Counted from the first letter of the stretch, positions 8,263 through 18,136 are shown. The stretch: DNA of 64,000 nt from Poseidonia sp. (GCA_049627345.1 JBMZXF010000002.1:4995-68994); one strand, 5' to 3'. Numbers and translations are program-made. Notes: a model not told the origin generated them from the letters alone.

Positions 8263-8877
8263 TCAAGGCCGGGCCACGGCCCACAACAGACCCGCGATGA
8301 GCACCAAACCGACCATCAGGACCAATCGGTCGGTTTGGCTCACACCATCAATGCCCTCGTCCGGGGTCAAATCGCCCTCGTAGGCTTGGCCGGGAACAAC
8401 GAGTTCGAGGGTGGCCCAAGCGTCCTCCGTGGGGGCGTTGTTGCCGTTCACGGCGTTCCCGTGGATCACGAAATTGGCCGCCGTGGCGTTGTCCGCGGGT
8501 GAGGTCCACTGCACGTCCCACGTTCGAAAAAAGGAGCCCTCGTAGGTGTGGGTCCAACCGCCGTCCAGTTCCTGCACCGTGCTGTTGTTGGCCACGGAAA
8601 GTTGACCTCCATCAACCACCCAACGGAAACCGCCCTGCGAGTTGTTCACTGAGGCCTCAATCGGACTGCTGATGGTGAGTGTGAGATTGTAGGTCGTGCT
8701 GGATTCAAAGGCCTCGGGAAGGCCGGCCACGCTGACCCGTGTCGATGCATCGGGCGTGTGGCAGAGACACCCTTCGTTCGCTTCACTACCGAGACCGTTG
8801 GGCGAAGCGAACGCCCACGTGCTGGCCATGGTCGCCAAGAGCACCACCGCCATGGCAACAAGACGGCGGTGGACCAT
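8263..8877 (-). CDS. Secreted, C-terminally membrane-anchored protein with a Cys-x-Cys-His motif
   Basis: Signal peptide MVHRRLVAMAVVLLATMASTWAFA, a beta-rich body, and C-terminal hydrophobic anchor LVLMVGLVLIAGLLWAVARP. Motif EGCLCHTPD lies at 8758-8769. Function unknown. Confidence 0.55.
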   Translation of the reverse strand: MVHRRLVAMAVVLLATMASTWAFASPNGLGSEANEGCLCHTPDASTRVSVAGLPEAFESSTTYNLTLTISSPIEASVNNSQGGFRWVVDGGQLSVANNSTVQELDGGWTHTYEGSFFRTWDVQWTSPADNATAANFVIHGNAVNGNNAPTEDAWATLELVVPGQAYEGDLTPDEGIDGVSQTDRLVLMVGLVLIAGLLWAVARP

Positions 8878-8988
8878 GATGACGCCACCGTCCGGTGTGG
8901 TAAGAGGCTTGCTTCACGACGGGAACCGTGATGCAAGACGGCCCAACAGAAACCCACCGTTAAGTATGAAGAGAACTGAAATCGATGC

Positions 8989-9525
8989 ATGATGGGGGAA
9001 GGAATGCCGCCGGAAGAAGACGACAGCGAGATGGACATCTACGCAGCCCTCGGCCTCAACACGCCGGTTGGAGCACAAGAGGGAAGCGCCTCCCACGGCC
9101 CTGCCACCGAGCCTTACGATCCGCTGGCGGCCTTCATGGACGATGACGATGAGGACGACGTCGCTCCCACCGAAGCCTTTGCGCCTTCCCCGGTGGTGCC
9201 AACGGAAACCGTCGAATCCTTGCTCGAAACACTGGCCCGAGACCTCCTCGACCACGAACGGCTGAGCGCTTCGGTTTCCGGAGGTCGCATCGACATGGAC
9301 AGCCTCACCGTTGAGCGTGACCGCGACGCATACCACCTGTCCCTCATCATCGACATGGGCGGCCAGGCCATCAAGCCGTTTGCCACCGTCTTGGCGGTCG
9401 AAGACGCATGGAAGCCGATGGCCGCACCTCAAGGACTCCACGCCCGATGGACACCGGTGTACGAAGCGCTGTGCAAGGCACTGACCGAAGCCCTGAGCCG
9501 TCAAGGACGACCGTCAAGCCTCTGA
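8989..9525 (+). CDS. Hypothetical acidic protein
   Basis: 178-aa ORF with native codon usage and a D/E-rich N-terminal half. A TATA-like TTAAGTAT at 8960-8967 ends 21 nt before the ATG, suggesting a leaderless mRNA. Its 3' end overlaps the convergent osmC-like gene by 12 nt. Confidence 0.5.
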   Translation: MMGEGMPPEEDDSEMDIYAALGLNTPVGAQEGSASHGPATEPYDPLAAFMDDDDEDDVAPTEAFAPSPVVPTETVESLLETLARDLLDHERLSASVSGGRIDMDSLTVERDRDAYHLSLIIDMGGQAIKPFATVLAVEDAWKPMAAPQGLHARWTPVYEALCKALTEALSRQGRPSSL

Positions 9526-9909
9526 TGATGGATGAATTTCGACGCGCCAGTCGATGGCCATCTCGGGGTCCAATGATGCCGATACGCTGCAGTATTTCTC
9601 GTGACTTTTGGCCACCACGCGCTCCACCAACTTCTGGGGCACATCGCCGACCACATGGTACACCATGGTGATCGAGGTAAAACGACGAGGCGGGGTTTCC
9701 GCACGAGTAGAATCCAAGTCCACCCATGCGTCGGAGAACGCCCGCTCTTTCAGTCCGATGACCACGTCCACAAGGGAACAGGCACCGACCATCTGCAAGG
9801 TGAGTTGCATGGGTGATGGCCCAGTTTCCCAGTCCATCGAAATCGACTGCCCTGCGGCGTTGATGCCGTTCAGGCTGGTCCCGCCGGTCCACTCCACGCG
9901 TCCTTGCAT
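9514..9909 (-). CDS. OsmC/Ohr family peroxiredoxin-like protein
   Basis: 131 aa with GPSPMQLTLQMVGACSLVDV ... EKYCSVSASL, the two conserved Cys contexts and size of the OsmC family. Confidence 0.75.
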   Translation of the reverse strand: MQGRVEWTGGTSLNGINAAGQSISMDWETGPSPMQLTLQMVGACSLVDVVIGLKERAFSDAWVDLDSTRAETPPRRFTSITMVYHVVGDVPQKLVERVVAKSHEKYCSVSASLDPEMAIDWRVEIHPSSEA

Positions 9910-9926
9910 GCACAGGGCAGGGGCGG

Positions 9927-9938
9927 TTCATTCTTGAA
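9927..9938. promoter_or_regulatory. Overlapping divergent TATA elements (TTCATTCTTGAA) for icd (+) and the osmC-like gene (-)
   Basis: TTCATTCT (9927-9934) is 21 nt from the icd ATG at 9956. On the other strand TTCAAGAA (9938-9931) is 21 nt from the ATG at 9909. The whole intergenic region is 46 bp. Confidence 0.45.
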
Positions 9939-9955
9939 GGAGAGGTTGGTGGCCG

Positions 9956-11194
9956 ATGACGAGAGACATGACAGGTACACCGGTAACCATGGAAAACGGC
10001 CAACTCAAGGTCCCCAACGACCCCGTAATTCACTACATTGAGGGCGACGGCATCGGTGTTGACATCACCCCCGTGATGATCGACGTGGTCAACGCAGCCG
10101 TCGAGAAAGCCTACGGCAGTGAGAAGACCATCGTCTGGTCGGAAGTCCTCGCTGGCGAGAAGGCCTTCAACGCCACCGGCGAATGGTTGCCCCAAGCCAC
10201 CTTGGACGCCATGAAGACCGGTCTTGTCTCCATCAAAGGGCCGCTGACGACGCCTGTGGGCGGCGGTATCCGCTCGCTGAACGTTGCGCTTCGCCAAAAA
10301 TTGGACCTTTACGCCTGCGTGCGCCCGGTTCGCTGGTACGACGGCACACCGTCGCCCGTCAAGGCACCTCAAGACGTGGACATGGTCATCTTCCGCGAAA
10401 ACAGCGAAGACGTCTACGCTGGCATTGAATGGGAAGCCGAAAGTGACGGCGCCAAGCAGGTCATCGATTTCCTCCAAAACGTGATGGGCGTTGACAAAAT
10501 TCGCTTCCCCAACACCTCGGGCATCGGCATCAAGCCCGTCTCGAAGGAAGGCACGGCTCGTATCGTTCGTGCCGCCATTCAGTACGCCATCGACAACGAC
10601 CAGCCCAGCGTCACGCTGGTGCATAAGGGGAACATCATGAAGTTCACCGAGGGTGGATTCCGAGACTGGGGCTACACCCTCGCACAGGAAGAATTCGGAG
10701 CCACCGAACTCGATGGCGGCCCTTGGTGCACCCTCACCAACCCCAACACCGGCAACACGATCGTCATCAAGGACGTCATTGCCGACGCCATGCTTCAGCA
10801 GATCATCACCCGACCCGCCGAATACAGCGTGTTGACCACCATGAACCTCAACGGCGACTACATCTCCGACGCTTTGGCCGCTCAGGTCGGCGGTATCGGC
10901 ATCGCCCCCGGCGCCAACATCAACTACGACACGGGCATCTCCATCTTCGAAGCCACCCACGGCACGGCGCCCAAGTACGCCGGGCAAGACAAGGTCAATC
11001 CCGGTTCCCTCATCCTCTCGGCCGAGATGATGCTGCGCCACATGGGCTGGAAAGAAGCGGCTGACCTCATCGTCAAAGGCATGGAAGGCGCCATCTCGAA
11101 CAAGACGGTGACCTATGACTTTGAGCGACTCATGGACGACGCCACGCTGCTCTCCTGCAGCGCCTTCGGTGCCGCCATGATTCAACACATGTGA
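9956..11194 (+). CDS. icd: NADP-dependent isocitrate dehydrogenase
   Basis: 412 aa with [63 protein letters not shown] and [25 protein letters not shown]. These are textbook prokaryotic IDH motifs. Confidence 0.95.
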   Translation: MTRDMTGTPVTMENGQLKVPNDPVIHYIEGDGIGVDITPVMIDVVNAAVEKAYGSEKTIVWSEVLAGEKAFNATGEWLPQATLDAMKTGLVSIKGPLTTPVGGGIRSLNVALRQKLDLYACVRPVRWYDGTPSPVKAPQDVDMVIFRENSEDVYAGIEWEAESDGAKQVIDFLQNVMGVDKIRFPNTSGIGIKPVSKEGTARIVRAAIQYAIDNDQPSVTLVHKGNIMKFTEGGFRDWGYTLAQEEFGATELDGGPWCTLTNPNTGNTIVIKDVIADAMLQQIITRPAEYSVLTTMNLNGDYISDALAAQVGGIGIAPGANINYDTGISIFEATHGTAPKYAGQDKVNPGSLILSAEMMLRHMGWKEAADLIVKGMEGAISNKTVTYDFERLMDDATLLSCSAFGAAMIQHM

Positions 11195-11204
11195 ACCGGC
11201 CAAG

Positions 11205-11579
11205 GTGAAGACCGTGCCCCGCTCCTACGACGCCCGTTGGGTCAGCATCAAAGGCGGTGCAGACCGAAAATGGTGGGTGCGAATCAAGGCTAAACTGGAC
11301 ACGGGTGCTAAGCGTTGCTCCATCGATGAAGGTCTGGCCAAGGCGTTGGACCTGCCCGTTGTTGGCAGCGTCAAGGTTCGCAACGCCATGGGGTCGCAGG
11401 AACGAACGCTGGTGGCCGGCAAGGTTCGTGTGGGTCGTACCACCTACGAGGTGGAAATGACGGTCGCCGACCGAGCCCAACTGAAGTGCCCGATGTTGCT
11501 CGGGAAGGCCTTCCTCGACGAACTCGCTCAACAACCCCTCAAGCCGAGTGGAATCAGTGACGTGCCTCAGTTCGTCTGA
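11205..11579 (+). CDS. Retropepsin-like aspartic protease domain protein (RimB / DUF785-type)
   Basis: 124 aa with a GTG start. It carries AKLDTGAKRCSI (the D-T-G-A aspartic protease motif) in the context seen in the family annotated as putative ATP-dependent zinc protease (Pfam Zn_protease-like). Confidence 0.5.
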   Translation: MKTVPRSYDARWVSIKGGADRKWWVRIKAKLDTGAKRCSIDEGLAKALDLPVVGSVKVRNAMGSQERTLVAGKVRVGRTTYEVEMTVADRAQLKCPMLLGKAFLDELAQQPLKPSGISDVPQFV

Positions 11580-14500
11580 CGCTTCAACCAGGGTTTCAGG
11601 GACCGGTTGTTCTTGGCGATGCTGAAGCCGAACCGCTCCTCAATCGCTCGGTCAACCAGCGTGAAATCACCGTCCATCGTCGCCACCAGAACAGCACCGA
11701 TGTCGGGCAACGGAAGCGAGGCCAAGTGCGTAGCAAGCCGGTAGATGTCAAGGTCGGTGGCCTCGGGGTAGATGGCACGGCCTTCGAGTTCGGTTCGGTA
11801 GGTCACACCCCGGTAACCCTTCAGTTCGGTCAACTCGTCAAACACATCGCTGTGTCGCAAAAGGAAGGTGTTGAGATCGTCGGAAGCATCGGGAACACCC
11901 GCCACCATGTCAGCGCTGGGCGACCACGTGTTGTACTCGGAAAGGACACCGTCAACCAGGCTCATCATGACGTCTTCACTGAGCGTTTCCTCGAGTTGCT
12001 CGGCGTTCACCATGGCGGAACGGAACCGAGGCAACAGCCGCTGGTCCTTGGCAAACTGCTTGAGTTCTCCGCGGACGTCATCGGGAATCATCATCTTCAA
12101 TCGCTTGGCTTGAGCGTGGTGGAGGAGAATGCGGTGGAACCGGTTGGAGCCGAGGATGTTCAGGTTGGTTTCGAACACCAGGTTCATCCGCTGGTACATC
12201 TTTTCCACCAGAGCGTCAACGAGGACGTTCGTGTCAACGATGACGAGCGGGGAGAGTGAGAGGTTGTGGAGGAAACGTCGCTTTGAGGTCGGTATGTCCT
12301 CCTTGTACTGGGAGAAGAGGGCCTGTTCCACACCCGCCAATCGGTTGCGGGCCGTGATGGAGAATTTGGTTGAATTCTGAGCCCGCTCAAGGTACATCAG
12401 ACCTTCAAACGCACCTTCCTCCGCAGCGTTCTTGGCGATCTCGTAAATCTCTTCCATGGAGGGCGAGGGCCCCTGCATGGCTTGACGGAACTGATGCTCA
12501 AATTGCGTCCGGGACCGACGAAGGTCTCGGCTGATGCGCGTCGAAGCGGCTGTAACTCGGCCCAAGAAGGGTTCAGGCGGCAAAAGATGAGCCTGCTCGA
12601 ACGGGTAGTTTCGCAGAAGGTCGAGTTCCTCTTCGTTGTAGGTGGTGCGAGTACGTTCGATGAGGTTCCCTTCGACGTCCTCCTCCGTGACCGTGATGCG
12701 TTGCTGCACGTGTTGACGAATCAAGCGAGCAGCCCCGTCGGTGTCTGAACCTGCGAGATGGCAGACGCGAAGGTAGAGTTTGAACCGCTCCGTGATGGCG
12801 GTCTTGAGGGTGGGCACGCGCTCCAGCAGGTCCACGGCCTCCGCCCAGGAGGTGGCATGGGCGTAGTGAATCAACGACTTCCGATACAGCGTCAGGGGCA
12901 GCGCCAGCGCGAAGTCGTTGTCGTCGGTGCCTTCAGTCTCCTCTGTCGAGGAGGTCGCTTTACGCAGCTTGGTGAACAGTTCAGCCGCTCGTGAGTATTC
13001 CCGAGCGGAATTCAACTCATCCCCGTTCGCAGCGAACAACGCCGCACGAGCGAGGGGTGCCCACGGGGAAAGCGGGTCGTTCTTTTGGTACCAGGAGACC
13101 AGGTTGGCAAGGCCGAGGTCGTGCTCCACCATGAGCACGGAGTAGGACTGAATAAGACGCAGCGGGAGCACGGCATTCGTCAGCAGTTCGTCAAGTTCTT
13201 CGGCATCATCCGACTTGGCCATCCCGATGTTGTAGGCTTGCAGGTGCCCGTTCATCGTGAGGGTGAGCAGCATCACCTCAAACAAACGGCGTTCGATGAG
13301 GGTCAGGTCAAGATCGTCGAGGCTGCTGCCCATGTTGCGAATGTGGGTTGCACTGACCACGCCATCACCGGCCAAGGCTCGGCTGATGGGAGAGAACGCC
13401 TTGAGAGCGGCTGCGTTGAGTTTCTTCCCCACCTCGGGCGTGTCCTTGTAGATGCCTTCCATCAGCAGCAGCAAGTGCTCGGCAAGCGGTGAGAGAACCT
13501 CTGGGAGCTCGGCCCCGTGGATGGACTGCAGGGCTTGGGTTCGTGATTCAAAGATGGAATCACGCAGGGAAGCGTCGACGGTGGCAGGCGCCAAGTGGCT
13601 GACGAGCAGCGCGATGTAGGGATGGGTCAGTGGCAACATGCTGTCGGAGGCAAACACGGTCGCCAATCGGTGAATGTCCAAGGCTTCGAGCAGCAGCACA
13701 AGCGCCGTCGCCCGGCCTTCCTCCCACATGGGGCCTTGCTCGTCGCACAAGCGCTGGGCGGCCTTCAGACGGAGCGCACGGTCCAACGCCTCGGTTTGGA
13801 TCACGTGGAACAAGGCTTGGTCGTCAACATCGCCAAGGAAACGCATCAGCCACTGGTTGGCTCGCTCATTGCCCAGCGACACCACGAGGGGGAGCAAGTC
13901 CGTGACATCGGACGAAGCATCGAGGCGGCGCTCGTCGAGGACGTCCATCGCTTCGTCTTTCTTCCCTTCACGCAACAAGGCATTCAAGCGCCACCAGGTC
14001 AGCCGGTCTCGCCCCTCGTGAATGTTGGCGGCTTCGAGCAGGTGGAGCCCGTTCTCCAGTTGTTCGGCCGTGCAGGCCTCGGCTTCGCTCGGTGCGTGCT
14101 GCCAAGCGAGCGTACGGCAGGCCTCCGTCAGTGAATCCTCGCGGCTGAGCCCCATCACGGCATCCCAATCGTCCACCGTTCCGTCCAAGAGGTGCTGGAA
14201 GCGGTCGAGCGCTTCTGCCAGGTCCTTATCGGCCTTCTTGGCTGTCTTCCATGCGGTTTCGGGAACTTCGAATCCGCCGTGGAGGGCCAACAGCACGGTG
14301 ATGAAGGCCATGGCTTCGGGGAGGTCGTCAAGCGGTGCGTCAAGGTCGAGTTTTCGACCGCCGGAAATCTGGTTGGTGGCTTTTTGCAACGCCACCTTGA
14401 TGTCGGGGTCGTTGACGCCAGCTCCTGCCAGTTTGAGCACGGTCATGACCTCGTCCTTGTTGCGGGGGTCGACCCAAAAGAAATCGGTGCTCATCTTCGT

Positions 14501-15022
14501 GGTGGCCTTGGCCTTGGCGGCCTTGGCTTTGGGGAAGGCGAGGAACTGGCCCAACAGTGGCGTTTTCTCGCCGATGCTGTGCCACACCGGGTGAACCCCT
14601 TCGACCATGCAGGTTTCCCGCAGCAGGTTCTCGTGAGCGTTCCAGGCTTCATCCCAGTTGTCGGCGTCCATCTGCTTGTGAACGAGCAGGGTAGCGAGTT
14701 GATACGCCGTGGTGTAGGGCGACTCGTCCATCACCTGCTGTGGTGTGTGAAGCCACGACATGTGGGCCGGCCCCGTAGCGCGGCCTGACCGGCGCATGCG
14801 GCCTCGGGGGCGGTTCATGGCGGGTCGGCGGGGTGACGGGTCGTCATCGTCGTCCGAAGCAGGAGGTTCCTGCTCGTGGGCGGCGATAACGAGATGGGCT
14901 CGCAGGGGCTTATCGAGCATCTTCCAAGCGGATTCTCGATTCATGATGGAGACACGTACAGCACCCGACTTGGGTTTTGAAAACGCTGCCTTGAGACAGG
15001 TTTCCATGTACGATTCGTCCAA
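11567..15022 (-). CDS. Large all-helical protein with a C-terminal PIN-domain nuclease
   Basis: 1151-aa ORF with native codon usage. The last ~230 aa (about 11570-12259) carry PIN acidic residues in order: LVIVDTNVLVD, DVRGELKQF, YPEATDLDIYRLA, VLVATMDGDFTLVDR. The N-terminal ~900 aa are helix-rich and TPR-like by eye, with no other motif recognised. The true start is uncertain: TTG at 15022, ATG at 15007, or the ATG giving MSWLH. Confidence 0.65.
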   Translation of the reverse strand: MDESYMETCLKAAFSKPKSGAVRVSIMNRESAWKMLDKPLRAHLVIAAHEQEPPASDDDDDPSPRRPAMNRPRGRMRRSGRATGPAHMSWLHTPQQVMDESPYTTAYQLATLLVHKQMDADNWDEAWNAHENLLRETCMVEGVHPVWHSIGEKTPLLGQFLAFPKAKAAKAKATTKMSTDFFWVDPRNKDEVMTVLKLAGAGVNDPDIKVALQKATNQISGGRKLDLDAPLDDLPEAMAFITVLLALHGGFEVPETAWKTAKKADKDLAEALDRFQHLLDGTVDDWDAVMGLSREDSLTEACRTLAWQHAPSEAEACTAEQLENGLHLLEAANIHEGRDRLTWWRLNALLREGKKDEAMDVLDERRLDASSDVTDLLPLVVSLGNERANQWLMRFLGDVDDQALFHVIQTEALDRALRLKAAQRLCDEQGPMWEEGRATALVLLLEALDIHRLATVFASDSMLPLTHPYIALLVSHLAPATVDASLRDSIFESRTQALQSIHGAELPEVLSPLAEHLLLLMEGIYKDTPEVGKKLNAAALKAFSPISRALAGDGVVSATHIRNMGSSLDDLDLTLIERRLFEVMLLTLTMNGHLQAYNIGMAKSDDAEELDELLTNAVLPLRLIQSYSVLMVEHDLGLANLVSWYQKNDPLSPWAPLARAALFAANGDELNSAREYSRAAELFTKLRKATSSTEETEGTDDNDFALALPLTLYRKSLIHYAHATSWAEAVDLLERVPTLKTAITERFKLYLRVCHLAGSDTDGAARLIRQHVQQRITVTEEDVEGNLIERTRTTYNEEELDLLRNYPFEQAHLLPPEPFLGRVTAASTRISRDLRRSRTQFEHQFRQAMQGPSPSMEEIYEIAKNAAEEGAFEGLMYLERAQNSTKFSITARNRLAGVEQALFSQYKEDIPTSKRRFLHNLSLSPLVIVDTNVLVDALVEKMYQRMNLVFETNLNILGSNRFHRILLHHAQAKRLKMMIPDDVRGELKQFAKDQRLLPRFRSAMVNAEQLEETLSEDVMMSLVDGVLSEYNTWSPSADMVAGVPDASDDLNTFLLRHSDVFDELTELKGYRGVTYRTELEGRAIYPEATDLDIYRLATHLASLPLPDIGAVLVATMDGDFTLVDRAIEERFGFSIAKNNRSLKPWLKRQTN

Positions 15023-15148
15023 CCTTTCATCCCCTCGTTTCCTGCCACGACGGGTGCCCTTTCAACCCACCGATGGGCATCTTTGCTCGTTTTGGCAACA
15101 GAAAGCATACTTCCTTGAACCAACGCCGCCTCCCGAAGATGAGATTGC

Positions 15149-15619
15149 ATGGACCCCATCACCACGGTTGCCCTCTTGCTCCACCCGCTCTTGGCGAGCG
15201 CCTTGGTGGTCTGGATGTGGTGGCAATACGCATGGCGAAAGAAGTCCTACGAGCTCAAAGGCGAGGAACGAGCACGCCACCTTGCTCGCCATGAAACCAA
15301 CGGCGAGCGCCTGTTGTGGGGCACCGGACTGGTCATTCTCGTCGCCTTCGCTGCCCGAGCCTTCACCGGATGGTACGAGGGTGAAGACGTGCTTGCGGCG
15401 CTCGTCCCCGGCTCGCTCCACGGCTTCATGGGCCCTGTCGGGTTCGGTTTGATGGTGTTCATGACCCGGCTCGGCCGACAAGCCCGCGACCAGCGACAAG
15501 CCGGCGAATCGTTCATCACGGCCAAACTCAAGCACGGTCGAGCCGCTGACCTGATCATCTACATGGTGTTCATTCACGCCTTCTTGGGCTTCATCTACAC
15601 CTTTGACGTGCTGATGTGA
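15149..15619 (+). CDS. Hypothetical 4-TM membrane protein with intramembrane histidines
   Basis: 156 aa with four hydrophobic segments. His residues sit in or near them (LLLHPLL, SLHGFMG, FIHAFLG), reminiscent of DUF4079 / cytochrome b561-like proteins. This is a weak call. Confidence 0.45.
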   Translation: MDPITTVALLLHPLLASALVVWMWWQYAWRKKSYELKGEERARHLARHETNGERLLWGTGLVILVAFAARAFTGWYEGEDVLAALVPGSLHGFMGPVGFGLMVFMTRLGRQARDQRQAGESFITAKLKHGRAADLIIYMVFIHAFLGFIYTFDVLM

Positions 15620-15709
15620 GTCCGTCTTGAGCCGCGTGGATGCCACGACTACGGTGGTCATCCGCCTCGTTGTGAGACCTCACGAACGATGAGGGCCCCG
15701 AGACGCCGA

Positions 15710-15717
15710 TTCAAATA
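15710..15717 (+). promoter_or_regulatory. TATA box TTCAAATA of the MMPL transporter gene
   Basis: Context gaTTCAAATACccc, with a 22-nt gap to the ATG at 15740. Confidence 0.5.
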
Positions 15718-15739
15718 CCCCATTTTTTTGGCCGGATGC

Positions 15740-18136
15740 ATGGAAGGCGCCACCGACCCGGAGATGCTCAAAGACAGGGCCTTCTACAAACTCGGTCTGT
15801 TCGTCTACGACCAACGCAAGGCCATGATGGCGCTGGGTCTCGTGTCGTGTGTGCTCATGACCGGCCTGTTCACCATGGGCGCGGACTGGGCCGAAGGGTT
15901 CGGCGAGGACGACGTTGAATCGGTCAACGCCGGTCGCCTCATCTCCGAACGCTTCGCCACGGACAACGACGGTGGCGGCCAGTCCTTCCGCTACCTGGTG
16001 TACCACCCTTCGCTCAACGACACGAGCGAAGCGTGGCAAGACGCCGTCACCGCGGCGTTGGCCGATTTTGAAGACCATGCGAAGGTGAGCATCGAGTATT
16101 CGTGGGAGGTCAACGACGTGGACCGAGACGATGTGGTCGCCACCGATGAAACCGGCACCTACGCCATCAACAAGGTCACCTTCGCCACCGACAGGAAGGA
16201 AGCGAAATCCATCATTGACGACCTCCACGGCACCGTGAACGTTGAAGGTGATTTTGAGGGTTGGATGACCGACGGCATTGCCATCGATTGGACCTTTGAC
16301 GACCGCATCAAAAACGACCTCATCAAAGCCGAACTGGTCTCCGGCCCCCTCTCCATCCTCATCCTCGGCATTGTGTTCGGCTCCCTTGTCGCCGCGTTGC
16401 TCCCCGTCGGTGTGGGCATCGGCACCGTGGCCGCCGCCATCGGCATGACGGTATGGTTGTCCAACGTGACCGACGTGACGGTCTATGCGACCAACATCAT
16501 CTCGCTCATCGGCATCGGTGTCTCCATCGACTATTCCCTCTTCCTCGTCAACCGATTTCGAGAGGAACTCGAGCGAGGCCACGACATCCGCACGGCCACG
16601 GCCATGAGTTGTGCCACGGCGGGGAAGGCCGTGTTTTACTCGGGCATCACCGTCGCCATCGGCCTGATGGGCATGCTCTTCTTCACCAACACCTCCCTGC
16701 CCTCGTTGGGCATCGGCGGAACGATTGCCGTCACCATCGCCATGGTCTATTCGACGATCGTGCTGCCCGCCGTGCTGGCGTGGCTCGGCCCACGGGTGAA
16801 CAAGGTCAAGATCCCCTTTGCCATCGACATGTCGGCCAGGGACGACGGCACGTGGGCCCGCATCGCCAAGCGGGTCATGGACCGACCGTGGACCGTTCTC
16901 ATCCCCACGCTCATCCTCCTCATCGGTGCAGGACTTCCCTTCGCCTATGCCGAATTCTCCCTCTCGTCGTGGCAGGCCCTCCCGCCCGATGATGAGTCTC
17001 GTCAAGGCATGGAACTCATCGACGAGCAGTGGCCCGACCAAGCGGCCAACTCCATCTTCCTCGTCGTCGACACGGACGGTGTTGACCCGCTGAACGAAAC
17101 CAACCTGCGGGCGCAACACGCCTACCTGACCGAATTGCTCGCAGACGAACGCGTGGCGGGTGGCATCGGCGTTGGCCTGCCTGCTCCGAACATGACGGCC
17201 GACGACGTGGTTGGCTTCTGGAGCGCCCCCGATGAGTTCCTGCCACCCGAACAGGTGGCGGTCCGCGAGAGCCTCCGTGAAGCCTTTGTGGGCGACAATG
17301 CGACGATGATGTCGGTTCAACTCGTGGGCGACCAAACCAGCGTAGACTCCCGCAAAGTGGTGGAAGAAGTCCGTGAGGAACGCAACGTGTTCCTCGACGA
17401 GCTGACCGGTGAAAACGACCGCATGCTCGTCGCCGGGTTCGCTGCCTACAACGCTGACAACCTCGAAGCCATCGCCGACAACTTACCCCGAGCGCTGGCC
17501 TTCATTCTCATCGCCACCACCTTCCTCATCTTTTTGCAAGTCCGTTCGGTGGTCATCCCCATCAAGGCCATCGCCATGAACATCTTGTCCATCTCGGCGT
17601 CCTTTGGTATGCTGGTGTGGGTGTTCCAATGGGGCTACGGTGCCGATCTGCTCAACTTTACCGCCCAACCCATCGATTCGGGCAACCCCGTCATCATGTT
17701 CTGCATCGTGTTTGGCTTGTCCATGGACTACGAAGTCCTGATGCTCTCTCGCATCCATGAAGAGTGGGAACGCACCGGCGACAACACCCTTGCCGTTGCC
17801 AACGGTCTGCAAAAGACGGGCGGCCTCATCACCGGAGCTGCCGCCATCATGGTCGTGGTGTTCAGCGCCTTCGGCCTCTCTTCGGTCATCATTCTCAAGC
17901 AGATTGGCTTGGGCCTCGCGCTGGCCATTTTCATCGATGCCACGTTGGTTCGTGCCCTCGTCGTGCCGGCCACCATGCGCCTGATGGGCAAATGGAACTG
18001 GTGGGCGCCGGCGTTCTTGCAAGGGCATGAACCTGAGCCCGTCGCCGTCGGCGAAGGCGGGGCAGGCGGCCATGCTGATGCGCCCATGGCGGGAACAGAT
18101 GACGTCGATTCAAGCGACGGACACGAGCAAGAATGA
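15740..18136 (+). CDS. MMPL / RND-superfamily membrane transporter
   Basis: Two repeats, each a large extracytoplasmic loop followed by a block of TM helices (LFLVNRFREELERG..., MDYEVLMLSRIHEEWERTG...), typical of MMPL proteins. Start moved from 15689 to the ATG at 15740 because TTCAAATA at 15710-15717 ends 22 nt upstream of it. Confidence 0.85.
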   Translation: MEGATDPEMLKDRAFYKLGLFVYDQRKAMMALGLVSCVLMTGLFTMGADWAEGFGEDDVESVNAGRLISERFATDNDGGGQSFRYLVYHPSLNDTSEAWQDAVTAALADFEDHAKVSIEYSWEVNDVDRDDVVATDETGTYAINKVTFATDRKEAKSIIDDLHGTVNVEGDFEGWMTDGIAIDWTFDDRIKNDLIKAELVSGPLSILILGIVFGSLVAALLPVGVGIGTVAAAIGMTVWLSNVTDVTVYATNIISLIGIGVSIDYSLFLVNRFREELERGHDIRTATAMSCATAGKAVFYSGITVAIGLMGMLFFTNTSLPSLGIGGTIAVTIAMVYSTIVLPAVLAWLGPRVNKVKIPFAIDMSARDDGTWARIAKRVMDRPWTVLIPTLILLIGAGLPFAYAEFSLSSWQALPPDDESRQGMELIDEQWPDQAANSIFLVVDTDGVDPLNETNLRAQHAYLTELLADERVAGGIGVGLPAPNMTADDVVGFWSAPDEFLPPEQVAVRESLREAFVGDNATMMSVQLVGDQTSVDSRKVVEEVREERNVFLDELTGENDRMLVAGFAAYNADNLEAIADNLPRALAFILIATTFLIFLQVRSVVIPIKAIAMNILSISASFGMLVWVFQWGYGADLLNFTAQPIDSGNPVIMFCIVFGLSMDYEVLMLSRIHEEWERTGDNTLAVANGLQKTGGLITGAAAIMVVVFSAFGLSSVIILKQIGLGLALAIFIDATLVRALVVPATMRLMGKWNWWAPAFLQGHEPEPVAVGEGGAGGHADAPMAGTDDVDSSDGHEQE

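Noticed and set aside
8758-8769. A possible c-type heme attachment site (cytochrome c).
   Set aside because: The motif is C-L-C-H, with one residue between the cysteines, not CxxCH. It is kept only as an unexplained Cys/His motif.
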